A stretch of 64,000 nt of DNA from Longimicrobiales bacterium (GTDB taxonomy: Bacteria; Gemmatimonadota; Gemmatimonadetes; Longimicrobiales; Gaopeijiaceae): contig OZ241892.1 of NCBI GenBank assembly GCA_965203485.1, positions 1,248,001 to 1,312,000 on the forward strand, written 5' to 3'. Positions 39,421 to 49,599 of this stretch are shown here, in pieces. Below the pieces are notes generated by a model that had not been told where the DNA came from, ran no database searches, and saw nothing but the letters and a program-made list of their open reading frames with translations. Numbering within the stretch: the stretch's first letter is position 1; each line of letters begins with the position of its first letter. The position numbers were made by a program, and so were the translations under genes.

Positions 39421-40192
39421 AGCGCGCGTCAGCAGGTTGCACATCGACCTGGGCGACATCGCGCGCGAAGCGGCGGTGCCCGTCGGCGCCAACTTGGTCA
39501 CTCGGCCCACAGGGCGCGCCGTTCGGTCCGCGATCGAAAGCAGGCTGGCCGACGTGCGCCCCACCGCCGTCACGGTGATAGACTTCCGTCGCGTGAGCGT
39601 GCTGGACTACAGTTGCGCCGACGAGGTCGTCGCCCGGTTGCTGCTCGGGCGCATGGGCGCGACGGACCGGCGCGACGGCGGCGGACTTGCCGGCTCCAGC
39701 GACGGCGGCCGTCTTGCGAACGGGCACGCGGATCCGCTCGGCGGCGACGTCGGCGCATCCGGCGCAGGCGCTGATTGCGCTGGTCTCGTCGGCCAGCCCG
39801 GCGAAGGCCCGTTCGGAGACGCCGAGACGTCGCAGCGCGCCTACTTCTTTTTGTTCCGCGTCCTGGACGAAGTGCGCGGCCACTTCGTTGCCGAGGCATT
39901 GGCGCGCCACGGACTGGCGGCGGTCTGCGACGTGTGTGGAAGCCGGTTTCGCGTGCTGGGCGCGATTCGGCCCGAAGAGCAGGCCGCGTGGACGACCGTG
40001 GAGGATTGCGGCAACATCCCCGCCGGGGGCGCAACCGCCGTTCTAGGCCGGCGCGGAGAGGAAATTCTGCGCTCGCTCGCCCGCCGTCGCCTCGTCTACC
40101 GGCACGCCGACGGCGGCACGACGGCCCTCAGCGTCCTCGCCCGCGGCCCAAATGCCCGAAGCAGCGAACCCGGCCTTGCTTCGACGGGTTGA
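39413..40192 (+). CDS. STAS-like (DUF4325-type) protein with probable C-terminal winged helix, CapS-like
   Basis: LVTRPTGRAVR...VIDFRRVSVLDYSCADEVVARL (STAS-like, Ser codon 39611); C-terminal EEILRSLARRRLVYRH...TTAL resembles a wHTH; overlaps the upstream kinase gene. Confidence 0.6.
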   Translation: MAEARVSRLHIDLGDIAREAAVPVGANLVTRPTGRAVRSAIESRLADVRPTAVTVIDFRRVSVLDYSCADEVVARLLLGRMGATDRRDGGGLAGSSDGGRLANGHADPLGGDVGASGAGADCAGLVGQPGEGPFGDAETSQRAYFFLFRVLDEVRGHFVAEALARHGLAAVCDVCGSRFRVLGAIRPEEQAAWTTVEDCGNIPAGGATAVLGRRGEEILRSLARRRLVYRHADGGTTALSVLARGPNARSSEPGLASTG

Positions 40193-40294
40193 TTGCCGAC
40201 CGGCCGGGGAGCGCCACGGACGACCCTGAACGCCGCAAGAAGCAAGTAGGTTAAGCGGGCCTCGACGATTCGAACACCGGATTTGGGGAAAGAG

Positions 40295-41491
40295 ATGGCG
40301 AAGGTGGGACAAGAACGGGAAGCCGTCGGCGAGGGATCGCGGCGCACCGCCACTCTGGCGGTTCACGGCGGCTCCGGGGACCGGCGCCCCGGCGCGCCCG
40401 TCGTTGCGCCGCTGGTGCGGAGTTCGACGTTTCATTGGGCCGGACCGGCCGATGGAACCGACCTGCTGTACACCCGCTACGGCAACAATCCGGTCCAGAC
40501 GTCGTTGGCAAAGAAGCTCGCCGCGCTGGAGGGCGCCGAGGCGGCGGTGGCGCTGGCGAGCGGGATGGCGGCGATCTCCATGACGCTCCTCGCCGCGACC
40601 GAGGCCGGCGACCACGTCGTGTCGAGCCGCTACGTCTACGGCGCCACGCACGCGCTGCTGGCCGACGAGCTTCCCCGGCGCGGCGTGTCCACCACGTTCG
40701 TGGACCCGACCGATCCCGCCTCGTGGACGGCCGCCGTGACGGACCGGACCAAGGTCGTCTACGCCGAGATCCCCACCAACCCCGTGTTGCGGGTCTTCGA
40801 CCTGGAGCCCGCCCGCCTAGCGGCCGACCGGACGGGCGCCGTCTTGGCGGCCGACGTGACCTTCGCCACGCCCGTCAACTTTCGGGCCGCCGACCACGGG
40901 GTCGACGCGATCGTCCACAGCGCCACGAAGTACCTGGGCGGCCACTCGGACCTCGTTGCGGGCGTCGTCGCGGGAAGCGGCGAGTTCGTCGAGCGCGTTA
41001 CGGCCGCAATGAAGCTCTACGGTCCGTCGATCGACCCGGACGCGGCATGGTTGCTCGACCGCGGCCTGCGGACCTTGGCGGCGCGAATGGAGCGCCACAA
41101 CCGATCGGCGCGCGAGCTGGCCGAATGGTTGGAGGGAGCCGAGGGCGTCCGCGCCGTCGTCTACCCGGGCCTCCCGTCTCATCCCGACCACGCCACGGCG
41201 CGCCGGATGCTGGCGGGCTTCGGCGGCATCGTCTCGATCGTCCTGCAGGGGGGCGGGCAAGCCGCGGACAGATTCTGCTCGAGCCTCGAACTTGCGGCGG
41301 CGGCGCCTTCGCTTGGCGGCGTCGAGACGCTGGTCTCGCAACCGCGCTGCACGTCCCACGCGGGCCTGCTAGCGGCCGAGCGCGAAGCGGCCGGCATCCC
41401 GGACGGCTTCGTTCGCATCTCGGTCGGACTGGAAGACGTTGCGGACTTGAAGGCGGACTTCTCCCAAGCGCTGCGGCAGGCGGCGGTCTGA
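40295..41491 (+). CDS. Cys/Met metabolism PLP-dependent enzyme (methionine gamma-lyase / cystathionine gamma-synthase family)
   Basis: YTRYGNNP, LAALEG, ASGMAAI, EIPTNP, HSATKYLGGHSD, PSLGGVETL, RISVGLED. Confidence 0.9.
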   Translation: MAKVGQEREAVGEGSRRTATLAVHGGSGDRRPGAPVVAPLVRSSTFHWAGPADGTDLLYTRYGNNPVQTSLAKKLAALEGAEAAVALASGMAAISMTLLAATEAGDHVVSSRYVYGATHALLADELPRRGVSTTFVDPTDPASWTAAVTDRTKVVYAEIPTNPVLRVFDLEPARLAADRTGAVLAADVTFATPVNFRAADHGVDAIVHSATKYLGGHSDLVAGVVAGSGEFVERVTAAMKLYGPSIDPDAAWLLDRGLRTLAARMERHNRSARELAEWLEGAEGVRAVVYPGLPSHPDHATARRMLAGFGGIVSIVLQGGGQAADRFCSSLELAAAAPSLGGVETLVSQPRCTSHAGLLAAEREAAGIPDGFVRISVGLEDVADLKADFSQALRQAAV

Positions 41492-41515
41492 CGGCTTCGC
41501 CGCGGCCGGCCCTCG

Positions 41516-43144
<1,629 letters not shown>

Positions 43145-43315
43145 CGAGCGGCTTCCTTGCGTGTGAAGAGGGACGCTGGGGAGGGCGACTCCAATAGTAA
43201 CGTTGCCTCGCGCGCGGCGGCCGTCCAGCAGCAACGTTGGGAGACCTTCCTCGGGCCCGGAAGGAGCGGCGTGGCCCGCCCGCGCGGGCCCTGCGACGCC
43301 CTGACGACGCCCTGG

Positions 43316-43422
43316 CCAAACACGGCCGCCCGCCGTTGCGGACGTGGCGGCTTTGCGGCGCCGCCGGGCTGGGCAAGACCCACCTCCCAAACGCGGCCGC
43401 CCCGCCGTTGCGGACGTGGCGG
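43316..43422. repeat. Two ~35-bp direct repeats separated by a 36-bp unique spacer (intergenic)
   Basis: ccaaacacggccgcccgccgttgcggacgtggcgg (43316-43350) and ccaaacgcggccgccccgccgttgcggacgtggcgg (43387-43422). Confidence 0.75.
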
Positions 43423-43545
43423 GCGCCGCCCCCGCCCTTGACCCGGGACCGGCCGTGGCCGCAGATTGCCGGCTTGCCTCGCGTAAGGTGGGCAGGTCAC
43501 GCGCCGGTGCGGGCTCGACAGCGAACGATCACCGGAGTCCCGTGC

Positions 43546-44715
43546 ATGGCCGCAACCGACTCGGCGGCTCCCCGCCCGCAACATGCGCTTGACGACGCCG
43601 TTCGCCGCGCCCTCGAGGCCGTGGTCAACCCGGCGACGAACGAGAGCGTCGTGTCCGGCGGCCAAGTCTCGGACGTGACGGTGAGTGCGGACGGCGAGGC
43701 GCGCTTCACGTTTTCGTTGCGGCAGGGCGACCCGGGCCGCTTGGTGCGCGAGGCGCGCGCCGCCGCCGAAGCCGTCGAGGGCGTCGAGCGCGCGAAGGTG
43801 GACGTGGAGTTGCCTCAGAGCTCTCCGGCGCCGGCCGGATCCGCCGCGCCTGCGCGGGCGCGCCCAAAGGCGGGGGGGGGCTTGGCGCCTGGGAGCGTGC
43901 CCGCGCCTGTTCCGCAGCCGGGGATCCTGCCGGGCGTCAAGCGGATCGTGGCTGTGAGTTCCGGGAAGGGCGGCGTCGGCAAGTCGATGGTGGCCACCAA
44001 CTTGGCGGTGGCGGCTGCGCGCCGCGGCCTCGTGGTGGGGTTGCTGGACGCGGACATCTACGGTCCGAACATCCCGGTCATGTTCGGCGAGCGCAGGCGG
44101 CCGTCGGTGACGGGCGCCAAGGGCTCGGAGATGATCGAGCCGCTGGACAAGCACGGCGTGCGGCTGATGAGCTTGGGCTTCCTGCTCAAGCGCGAGCAGC
44201 CCGCCATCATGCGCGGCCCGCTGATCTCGGGCGTCCTCAAGCAGTTCATGGAGCAGGTCTCTTGGGGGCCGCTCGACTTGCTGGTCGTGGACATGCCTCC
44301 CGGCACGGGAGACGCGCAGCTGTCGCTGGTTCAGACCGTGGAGCTCGACGGGGCCGCGATGGTGACCACGCCGCAGAAGGTGGCGACCGGGGACGTGCTG
44401 CGAGGCGTGAAGATGTTCGAGCGCGTCAACACGCGAGTGCTGGGCGTCGTCGAGAACATGTGCGGATTTCGGCTTCCGGGATCGGACGAGGTGGTGGACT
44501 TGTTCGGGCGGGGCGGCGGGGAAGCGCTGGCCCGGGAACTGTCGGTTCCGTTCCTTGGAAGGGTGCCGCTGGACTTGGCCGTGCGGGAGGCGGGCGACAC
44601 TGGGACGCCCACGGTGCTTGCGGCGCCCGAGTCTCCGGCGGGCGTCGCGCTTCGCGAAATCGGCGACCGGCTCCTGGCCGGGCTGGACGCGTTGCCGCCC
44701 AGGGCCGTCGGCTAA
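43546..44715 (+). CDS. apbC: Mrp/NBP35 (ApbC) Fe-S cluster carrier ATPase
   Basis: N-terminal FeS_assembly_P-like domain; AVSSGKGGVGKS, LLDADIYGPNIP, MRGPL, DMPPGTGDAQL, VTTPQ, GVVENM. Confidence 0.93.
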   Translation: MAATDSAAPRPQHALDDAVRRALEAVVNPATNESVVSGGQVSDVTVSADGEARFTFSLRQGDPGRLVREARAAAEAVEGVERAKVDVELPQSSPAPAGSAAPARARPKAGGGLAPGSVPAPVPQPGILPGVKRIVAVSSGKGGVGKSMVATNLAVAAARRGLVVGLLDADIYGPNIPVMFGERRRPSVTGAKGSEMIEPLDKHGVRLMSLGFLLKREQPAIMRGPLISGVLKQFMEQVSWGPLDLLVVDMPPGTGDAQLSLVQTVELDGAAMVTTPQKVATGDVLRGVKMFERVNTRVLGVVENMCGFRLPGSDEVVDLFGRGGGEALARELSVPFLGRVPLDLAVREAGDTGTPTVLAAPESPAGVALREIGDRLLAGLDALPPRAVG

Positions 44716-44776
44716 CCGAGCGAAATGGATGCCGCCGAGGCGCGTCGCGACGGCAGCGCCGTCGGATCGAGCGTCC

Positions 44777-45010
44777 TCAGTCGCCCTCGAGCCATTGGCG
44801 GTCCGCCGACGAGAGCGAGCCCCGCCTGATCTTCGCCAGGGCCTTGAGGACCAGCCAGCCGACCAGCATGACCGGAGCGACGTGAGACAGAAGGAAGCCT
44901 GCGATGCCGAGCGTCAAGCCCAAGAGCGAGCCGACGACCTGCAAGACGATCCAGACGGCCACGATGCTGACGATGCCCACGGCCAGAAACGTCAACAAGG
45001 TGCCGATCAT
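44777..45010 (-). CDS. Small (77 aa) membrane protein, last gene of the ECF operon
   Basis: MIGTLLTFLAVGIVSIVAVWIVLQVVGSLLGLTLGIAGFLLSHVAPVMLVGWLVLKAL...; GGAG RBS upstream of ATG 45010. Confidence 0.7.
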   Translation of the reverse strand: MIGTLLTFLAVGIVSIVAVWIVLQVVGSLLGLTLGIAGFLLSHVAPVMLVGWLVLKALAKIRRGSLSSADRQWLEGD

Positions 45011-45143
45011 GGTTGCTCCCGGAGACTCGAACAAGCCGCCGGGCGGGCCGGCGGAAGCGGCTCCACCAATGTAGCGCCGAGGTCGCAGGCGGCCGTCCTC
45101 GCCGCGGCTCGCGACCGCGCGGCTCGATGCCCGGCGTCGCGCT

Positions 45144-46130
45144 TCAACGAATCCACTCGAGCTCGATGCCGCCGACGCCGGCCCTGATCTCGATGTCCAC
45201 CTTCCGGCCCGCGTCGTTCCAATTCCACGAGTAGTAGGCGTCGCCGCGCTTCTCCATGCGGTCCAGGTCCGAAGACGCCAGCAGGCGCGGTGCGTCCCGG
45301 CGCACCCGCACCGCCAGCGACTCGGGAACGCGCAACGCCAGCAGGCCGACGCCCATCTCCACAAGCAGGTGCGCCTCGGTCTCCCACGGGCCGCGCAGGT
45401 CCAGCGTAACCGAGCCGACGCCCGCCTTCGCCGAAATCCGCTTGGCGTTCATGTTTCCCAAGCCCGAGACGCTGAAGTCGGCGGCGCCCACCTGAAAGTT
45501 GGCCAGCTCCATGACGGCCGGGTTGGGCCGGCCAATGCGCACGGCCGCCTCGGCCGCGCCGGTGCTCAACTCGAGCCGCTCGACGGGGACGCCGGTCAGG
45601 TCCACTTCCGCCTGCCCGGCCCCGAACTGGACGTCCAGCGTCACCGGAACTCTGGTCGGCAACTTCAGGTCGAGTTCGCCTCCGTGGCGTCTCCTGACCG
45701 AGACGCCGTCCCGGCGGGCGGCCCCGACGCGCAACCGTCCGTGCTCGTAGTCCATCTGGGGACGCTCGGCGTCCTCGTCGAAGCGAAGACGCGCCTCGTA
45801 GAGGCCCTGCGCCGGGCCCGGCCGGATCGTCAGCACGCCCGCCGTGTACGCGACTCGCACGCGCAAGCCCTCTTCGTCGGTCACGGCCCGCCAGCTGGAA
45901 ATTGTCTTCCAGTGCTGCCCCTGGGCCGTCGCGGGAGTCGCGAGCGCCGCCGCGGCCAGCAGGAACAAGGGGCTCCTCGACGCGCGCAAGCAAGAATGGC
46001 CGTCCAGCGCCGCGTTTCCGGGCGGCTCGGCCCGAGCGGCCCAGGCGCAGCCGCGGACGGGCGGGCCGGTTTTGCGACGGCGGCCGCGGTTGCCATGCTG
46101 CGACGGGCGGCCGCGGGCCAGCTGGGTCAC
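45144..46130 (-). CDS. Secreted toast-rack beta-repeat protein (DUF2154/LiaF-C/DUF4097-like)
   Basis: Signal ending ATA-Q; repeated (G/V)GA/GVG beta units (FGAGQAEVDL, STGAAEAAV, VGAADFSV, AGVGSVTLDL, MGVGLLALRVP, AGVGGIEL). Confidence 0.7.
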   Translation of the reverse strand: MTQLARGRPSQHGNRGRRRKTGPPVRGCAWAARAEPPGNAALDGHSCLRASRSPLFLLAAAALATPATAQGQHWKTISSWRAVTDEEGLRVRVAYTAGVLTIRPGPAQGLYEARLRFDEDAERPQMDYEHGRLRVGAARRDGVSVRRRHGGELDLKLPTRVPVTLDVQFGAGQAEVDLTGVPVERLELSTGAAEAAVRIGRPNPAVMELANFQVGAADFSVSGLGNMNAKRISAKAGVGSVTLDLRGPWETEAHLLVEMGVGLLALRVPESLAVRVRRDAPRLLASSDLDRMEKRGDAYYSWNWNDAGRKVDIEIRAGVGGIELEWIR

Positions 46131-47923
46131 TCGCGGTCCTCTTCGTCTTCGTCGCCCGGCTTGGCGGCCGGCTTCGTCTTCTCGCCGGACTTGCCAGCCT
46201 TGCCGGGCTTGCCCTTGCTCTTCCCGGACTGGTCGGCTTCCTGGGTCGTTGCGGACCCCTCGCTAGGGTCGCCTGCCGCGTTCCCTGCGGTTTCGCCGGC
46301 AGCGGCCGGATCCCCGTCTCCGGCGGGATGCGCTTCCGCCCGCTCGCCGCCGCCGCCGGCGTCCGGGGCGGTCGCGGACGCGTCCGGTCGGCCGGCCCTG
46401 TCGGCGTCGCGGGGGGAAAAGCCCTCGCCGGACCACGCCGCCGCGTCCAGGTCGTCGTGGATTGCGTAGTCCCCGGAGAGTCGTCGGCCGCCGCGGGTGG
46501 TCAGTACCGCGCCCAGGCCCGTGATCGTGGCGGCGAAGAGGGCCATGGTCGAGAGCGCCTCGAACAGGTCTCCCGTCCAGCCGATCAGCGGCAAGGGATC
46601 CAGGGCCTTGCCGACGGCCATCGGGAGGAGCAGGGCGGCTAGGCCGACGAGGCAAGCGTGAACCCGGTCGTTTGGGTTCGCCCAGCTCAGTCGCGCGTGG
46701 CCCCGGTCCAGGACCCAGCGCCCCACGCTGCGGCTCGCGGCGACGAGCCCCACGAAGAACGCGGCGGCCGCTGCCAGCGGAAACAGCGGGATCCAGGCAG
46801 GCAGGCCGAGAATGCCGATGATCGTGACGGCCAAGGCGACTATGCCGAGGACATAGACGGGAATCGCCAGGAAGGCGCCCGCGAGACCCACGGCGGCGCT
46901 CCTCGCCGGGTAGCGCTCGACCTCCTTGGCGACCATGTCGCCCCGGTCGCCCGCGACGATCGCAGCGACGGCGCCGAGCACGCCCAGGACCACGAACAGG
47001 ACCACGGTCGCTACGATGCCCGACAGGGCTTCGCGGACGCGATCGAAGAGCGAGGGGCCGCGGTAGTGGCGCGTGCGCGCGTCTTCTGTTCGCAGCTCGC
47101 GCCGAAGCTGGGCGCGCATGCGGTCCCTCTCCCTCTCTTCATTGCGCCGGCGTTCCCGGACGACGTCCAGCACGTCGCCGACCAGGACTCCGCCCATCCG
47201 CTCGACGCGCGAGTCGACGTGGCGCACGTCGCCGAGCACCCGCCCCCCTTCGTGCACGGCCATTGTCGCGTCCACGAGGACGACGCCGCCCCGCACCGTC
47301 CCGTGCACGTCGAGCCGTCCGTCGGCCACCAGGATGCCTTCCTCCACGACGGCGTCCCCAGGAACCACGTGGTCCTCGCCGGCCACGATGACGAACGACG
47401 CCGGATCAATGTGGCGAACGGCGTCCCAAAACCCCTTGATCCGGGCGCCTTCCGCCAGCTCGGTCGCCCAGTCGCCGTCCCCAAGCCGGCGCGTCGCCTC
47501 GGCAGCGGATTCGGCAACCACCGCGCGAACCAGGGCGCTTTCGAGCGTCTCGTCCACGTCCGCCAGCAGTTCGTGCTCCGTCGGCGAGGCCGTCTGGCCG
47601 GGCTCCCATTCGTGAAGCCGCCGGGCCAGCGGGCCGTTCGTCAGGGGCAGCACGTCCGCCAGCAGCTCCCGCCAAGCCCGCTCGGCCTCGCCGTCCGCCT
47701 CGAAGCGTCCGAGGATCTCGTCGCCAACGCGCGCGACCCCGTCGGCGAACGACAACGAGAGATGGTCGCCGTCCGAGAACTCGAGGTGCAGGGAAGCCTC
47801 GTCGCCCGAGACGACCACGGTGTTCGATACGACGATCCGTTCCTGGGCGGCGGCTGGGCCGCTCGCGAAGAGGGAGGCGCAGGCCAGGGCCGCCAGCGCG
47901 CCCAGTGCGTCAAGCCGATGCAT
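46127..47923 (-). CDS. Bactofilin/polymer-forming-like beta-helix protein with C-terminal multi-TM domain
   Basis: Signal ending AAA-Q; beta-helix-like GILVADGRLDVHGTVRGGVVLVD...GRVLGDV...GGVLVGDV; ~6 TM segments (LAVTIIGILGLP, GLGAVLTTRGG); acidic/Lys-rich tail. Confidence 0.65.
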   Translation of the reverse strand: MHRLDALGALAALACASLFASGPAAAQERIVVSNTVVVSGDEASLHLEFSDGDHLSLSFADGVARVGDEILGRFEADGEAERAWRELLADVLPLTNGPLARRLHEWEPGQTASPTEHELLADVDETLESALVRAVVAESAAEATRRLGDGDWATELAEGARIKGFWDAVRHIDPASFVIVAGEDHVVPGDAVVEEGILVADGRLDVHGTVRGGVVLVDATMAVHEGGRVLGDVRHVDSRVERMGGVLVGDVLDVVRERRRNEERERDRMRAQLRRELRTEDARTRHYRGPSLFDRVREALSGIVATVVLFVVLGVLGAVAAIVAGDRGDMVAKEVERYPARSAAVGLAGAFLAIPVYVLGIVALAVTIIGILGLPAWIPLFPLAAAAAFFVGLVAASRSVGRWVLDRGHARLSWANPNDRVHACLVGLAALLLPMAVGKALDPLPLIGWTGDLFEALSTMALFAATITGLGAVLTTRGGRRLSGDYAIHDDLDAAAWSGEGFSPRDADRAGRPDASATAPDAGGGGERAEAHPAGDGDPAAAGETAGNAAGDPSEGSATTQEADQSGKSKGKPGKAGKSGEKTKPAAKPGDEDEEDRE

Positions 47924-48812
47924 ACTTGCCTTCCGTTCCGTTAGCGGTCACCACGTTCTTGTAGAGAACCCATGCGGAGAGCAGACTCAGCGCAGCCGCC
48001 GCGACCAGGCCGGCGCCGACGACGGGCGCCCATCCGCCCAATCCTTCCAAGGAGCCGGAGGCGCTGCGCGCGAGCGCGCTTGCGGTCACGCTCTCGGCGA
48101 CGCCGGACACGGCAGCGGACGCCTTGTTCCACGCGAACGTGGACACGTTGGACAGTGTCGCCATCGGTCGGCTGAACACCATGTAGGCCGTTGCCGCAAC
48201 GACGGCCACCGGGCCCGCGGCCAAGCCCGACGCGAACGCCAAGCGCCGTTCCGCGCGCGGCCAGCACGCCCGGCGCAACCAAGCCAAAGCCAAGACGCTC
48301 TCTCGCGACGGCGCCGGAGCGGCCGCGCGGGCGCGCGACGCCACTCGTTCGGCGAAGCCCTCGCTGGGCCGAAAGCCAGGGAGCCCCGCGAGGCGCTCCT
48401 GGAGACGCCGTGCCGCGGCCAGCGCCGCCGCGATCTCGGAGTCGCGTCCGGCCAAATCCGCCAGAATTCGGGCTTGGCGGCGCGAGAGCGCGCCTTCCGC
48501 GAAGGCCCCGAACGGATCCCGCACCAGCGAATCGGACCGGCTCGGCCGGACGCTCCACTTGGCTCGTGCCCCGGATTGCACGTGCCAGCCGGCGACGACT
48601 CGCGACGCGAAACCGGCTCGGGGCCGCGGCCGCCGGAGCGCGCGGAGTCCGGCGAACACCGACCGCAAAGCGGCCGTTTCCGCAGCCAGCCGACGGTCGC
48701 GAGCCGCTTCGGCCTCGAACTCGCCGGCCGCGGCGCCGTCCAACTCGCCGTCGAGATACGAGAGAAGGCGTTCGACTTCAGCGGGCTTCATGCGTCTTCC
48801 TGACTTGCTCAT
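47910..48812 (-). CDS. Membrane-anchored anti-sigma factor (RsiW-like, duplicated N-terminal domain)
   Basis: Follows the ECF sigma gene; LLSYLDGEL...PRAGFASRVV and FAEGAL...PSEGFAERVA; C-terminal TM segments; GGAG RBS before ATG 48812. Confidence 0.7.
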   Translation of the reverse strand: MSKSGRRMKPAEVERLLSYLDGELDGAAAGEFEAEAARDRRLAAETAALRSVFAGLRALRRPRPRAGFASRVVAGWHVQSGARAKWSVRPSRSDSLVRDPFGAFAEGALSRRQARILADLAGRDSEIAAALAAARRLQERLAGLPGFRPSEGFAERVASRARAAAPAPSRESVLALAWLRRACWPRAERRLAFASGLAAGPVAVVAATAYMVFSRPMATLSNVSTFAWNKASAAVSGVAESVTASALARSASGSLEGLGGWAPVVGAGLVAAAALSLLSAWVLYKNVVTANGTEGKYASA

Positions 48813-48847
48813 GCGAATCTCCGCGTCGCGGGGCTTCGTGTTGGCAT

Positions 48848-48874
48848 TACGACGGCTTCCGCAAGCCGGTTTCA
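48848..48874 (-). promoter_or_regulatory. SigW-type ECF promoter (TGAAAC-N17-CGTA)
   Basis: Minus strand reads TGAAAC cggcttgcggaagccgt CGTA, about 35 nt upstream of the anti-sigma ATG; matches the Bacillus SigW consensus elements. Confidence 0.6.
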
Positions 48875-49002
48875 CGTCTTCGCCGCCTTCCGCAGGGGCG
48901 TGGCGCAGGCTCTTCTCGCACTGCCCGCCACCCATGCTGCGGTCTCGCGTCTCCGCCTTCCGTCCGGCGGCGGCCCCACGAGCGACCTCCCCTCGCGGGC
49001 CG

Positions 49003-49599
49003 TCACTTGGACGGGTCCAGGTGCGCGAGGAGCACCCGCAGCTCGAGCCGGGCCCTGTGGATGTAGGTCTTTACCGTGCCCAAGGGCAAGTCCATGATCC
49101 CAGCGATCTCCTCGTAGGAGAACCCCTCCACGTGACGGAGGATCGTAGCGGTCCGGTACTGCGGCCGGAGCTTGGCGATCGCCGCCTCGATCTGCTCGCC
49201 CAACTCGCGATTCGCCGCGTACTCCTCGGGGCTCTCGGCGTCCGACGCGAACTCCTGGCGCGTCTGGGCCTGCTCTTCCTCGGTGACCGCGTTCGGCGCA
49301 CCGTCGATCGACACCGTCTCGATCCGCCGCTTGCGCAGGTGGTCGATGGCGAGGTTGTTGGCGATCTTGAAGAGCCAGCTCGACAGCTTGTAGCGCGGAT
49401 TGTAGGTGTGGATCGCGTTGAACGCCCGGATGAACGTCTCCTGCGCCAGGTCCTCGGCGAGTTCCCGGTCCCTGACCATTCGGTAGTGGAGCGAGAAGAT
49501 TGGACGCTCGTAGCGCTCGACGATCTCGCGGTAGGCGCGTTCGTCTCCTTCGACGGCGCGGGCGGCCAGCGCTTGGTCGGTGGGTTCCTTCGAATCCAC
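49003..49599 (-). CDS. ECF RNA polymerase sigma factor (SigW/RpoE-like)
   Basis: DRELAEDLAQETFIRAF, SSWLFKIANNLAIDHLRKR, FSYEEIAGIMDLPLGTVKTYIHRAR; GTG start. Confidence 0.93.
   Translation of the reverse strand: MDSKEPTDQALAARAVEGDERAYREIVERYERPIFSLHYRMVRDRELAEDLAQETFIRAFNAIHTYNPRYKLSSWLFKIANNLAIDHLRKRRIETVSIDGAPNAVTEEEQAQTRQEFASDAESPEEYAANRELGEQIEAAIAKLRPQYRTATILRHVEGFSYEEIAGIMDLPLGTVKTYIHRARLELRVLLAHLDPSK

Noticed and set aside
43872..43880. G9 tract within apbC/mrp
   Set aside because: In frame inside a Gly-rich linker of a housekeeping gene; plausible by chance at this GC content, with no evidence of switching.
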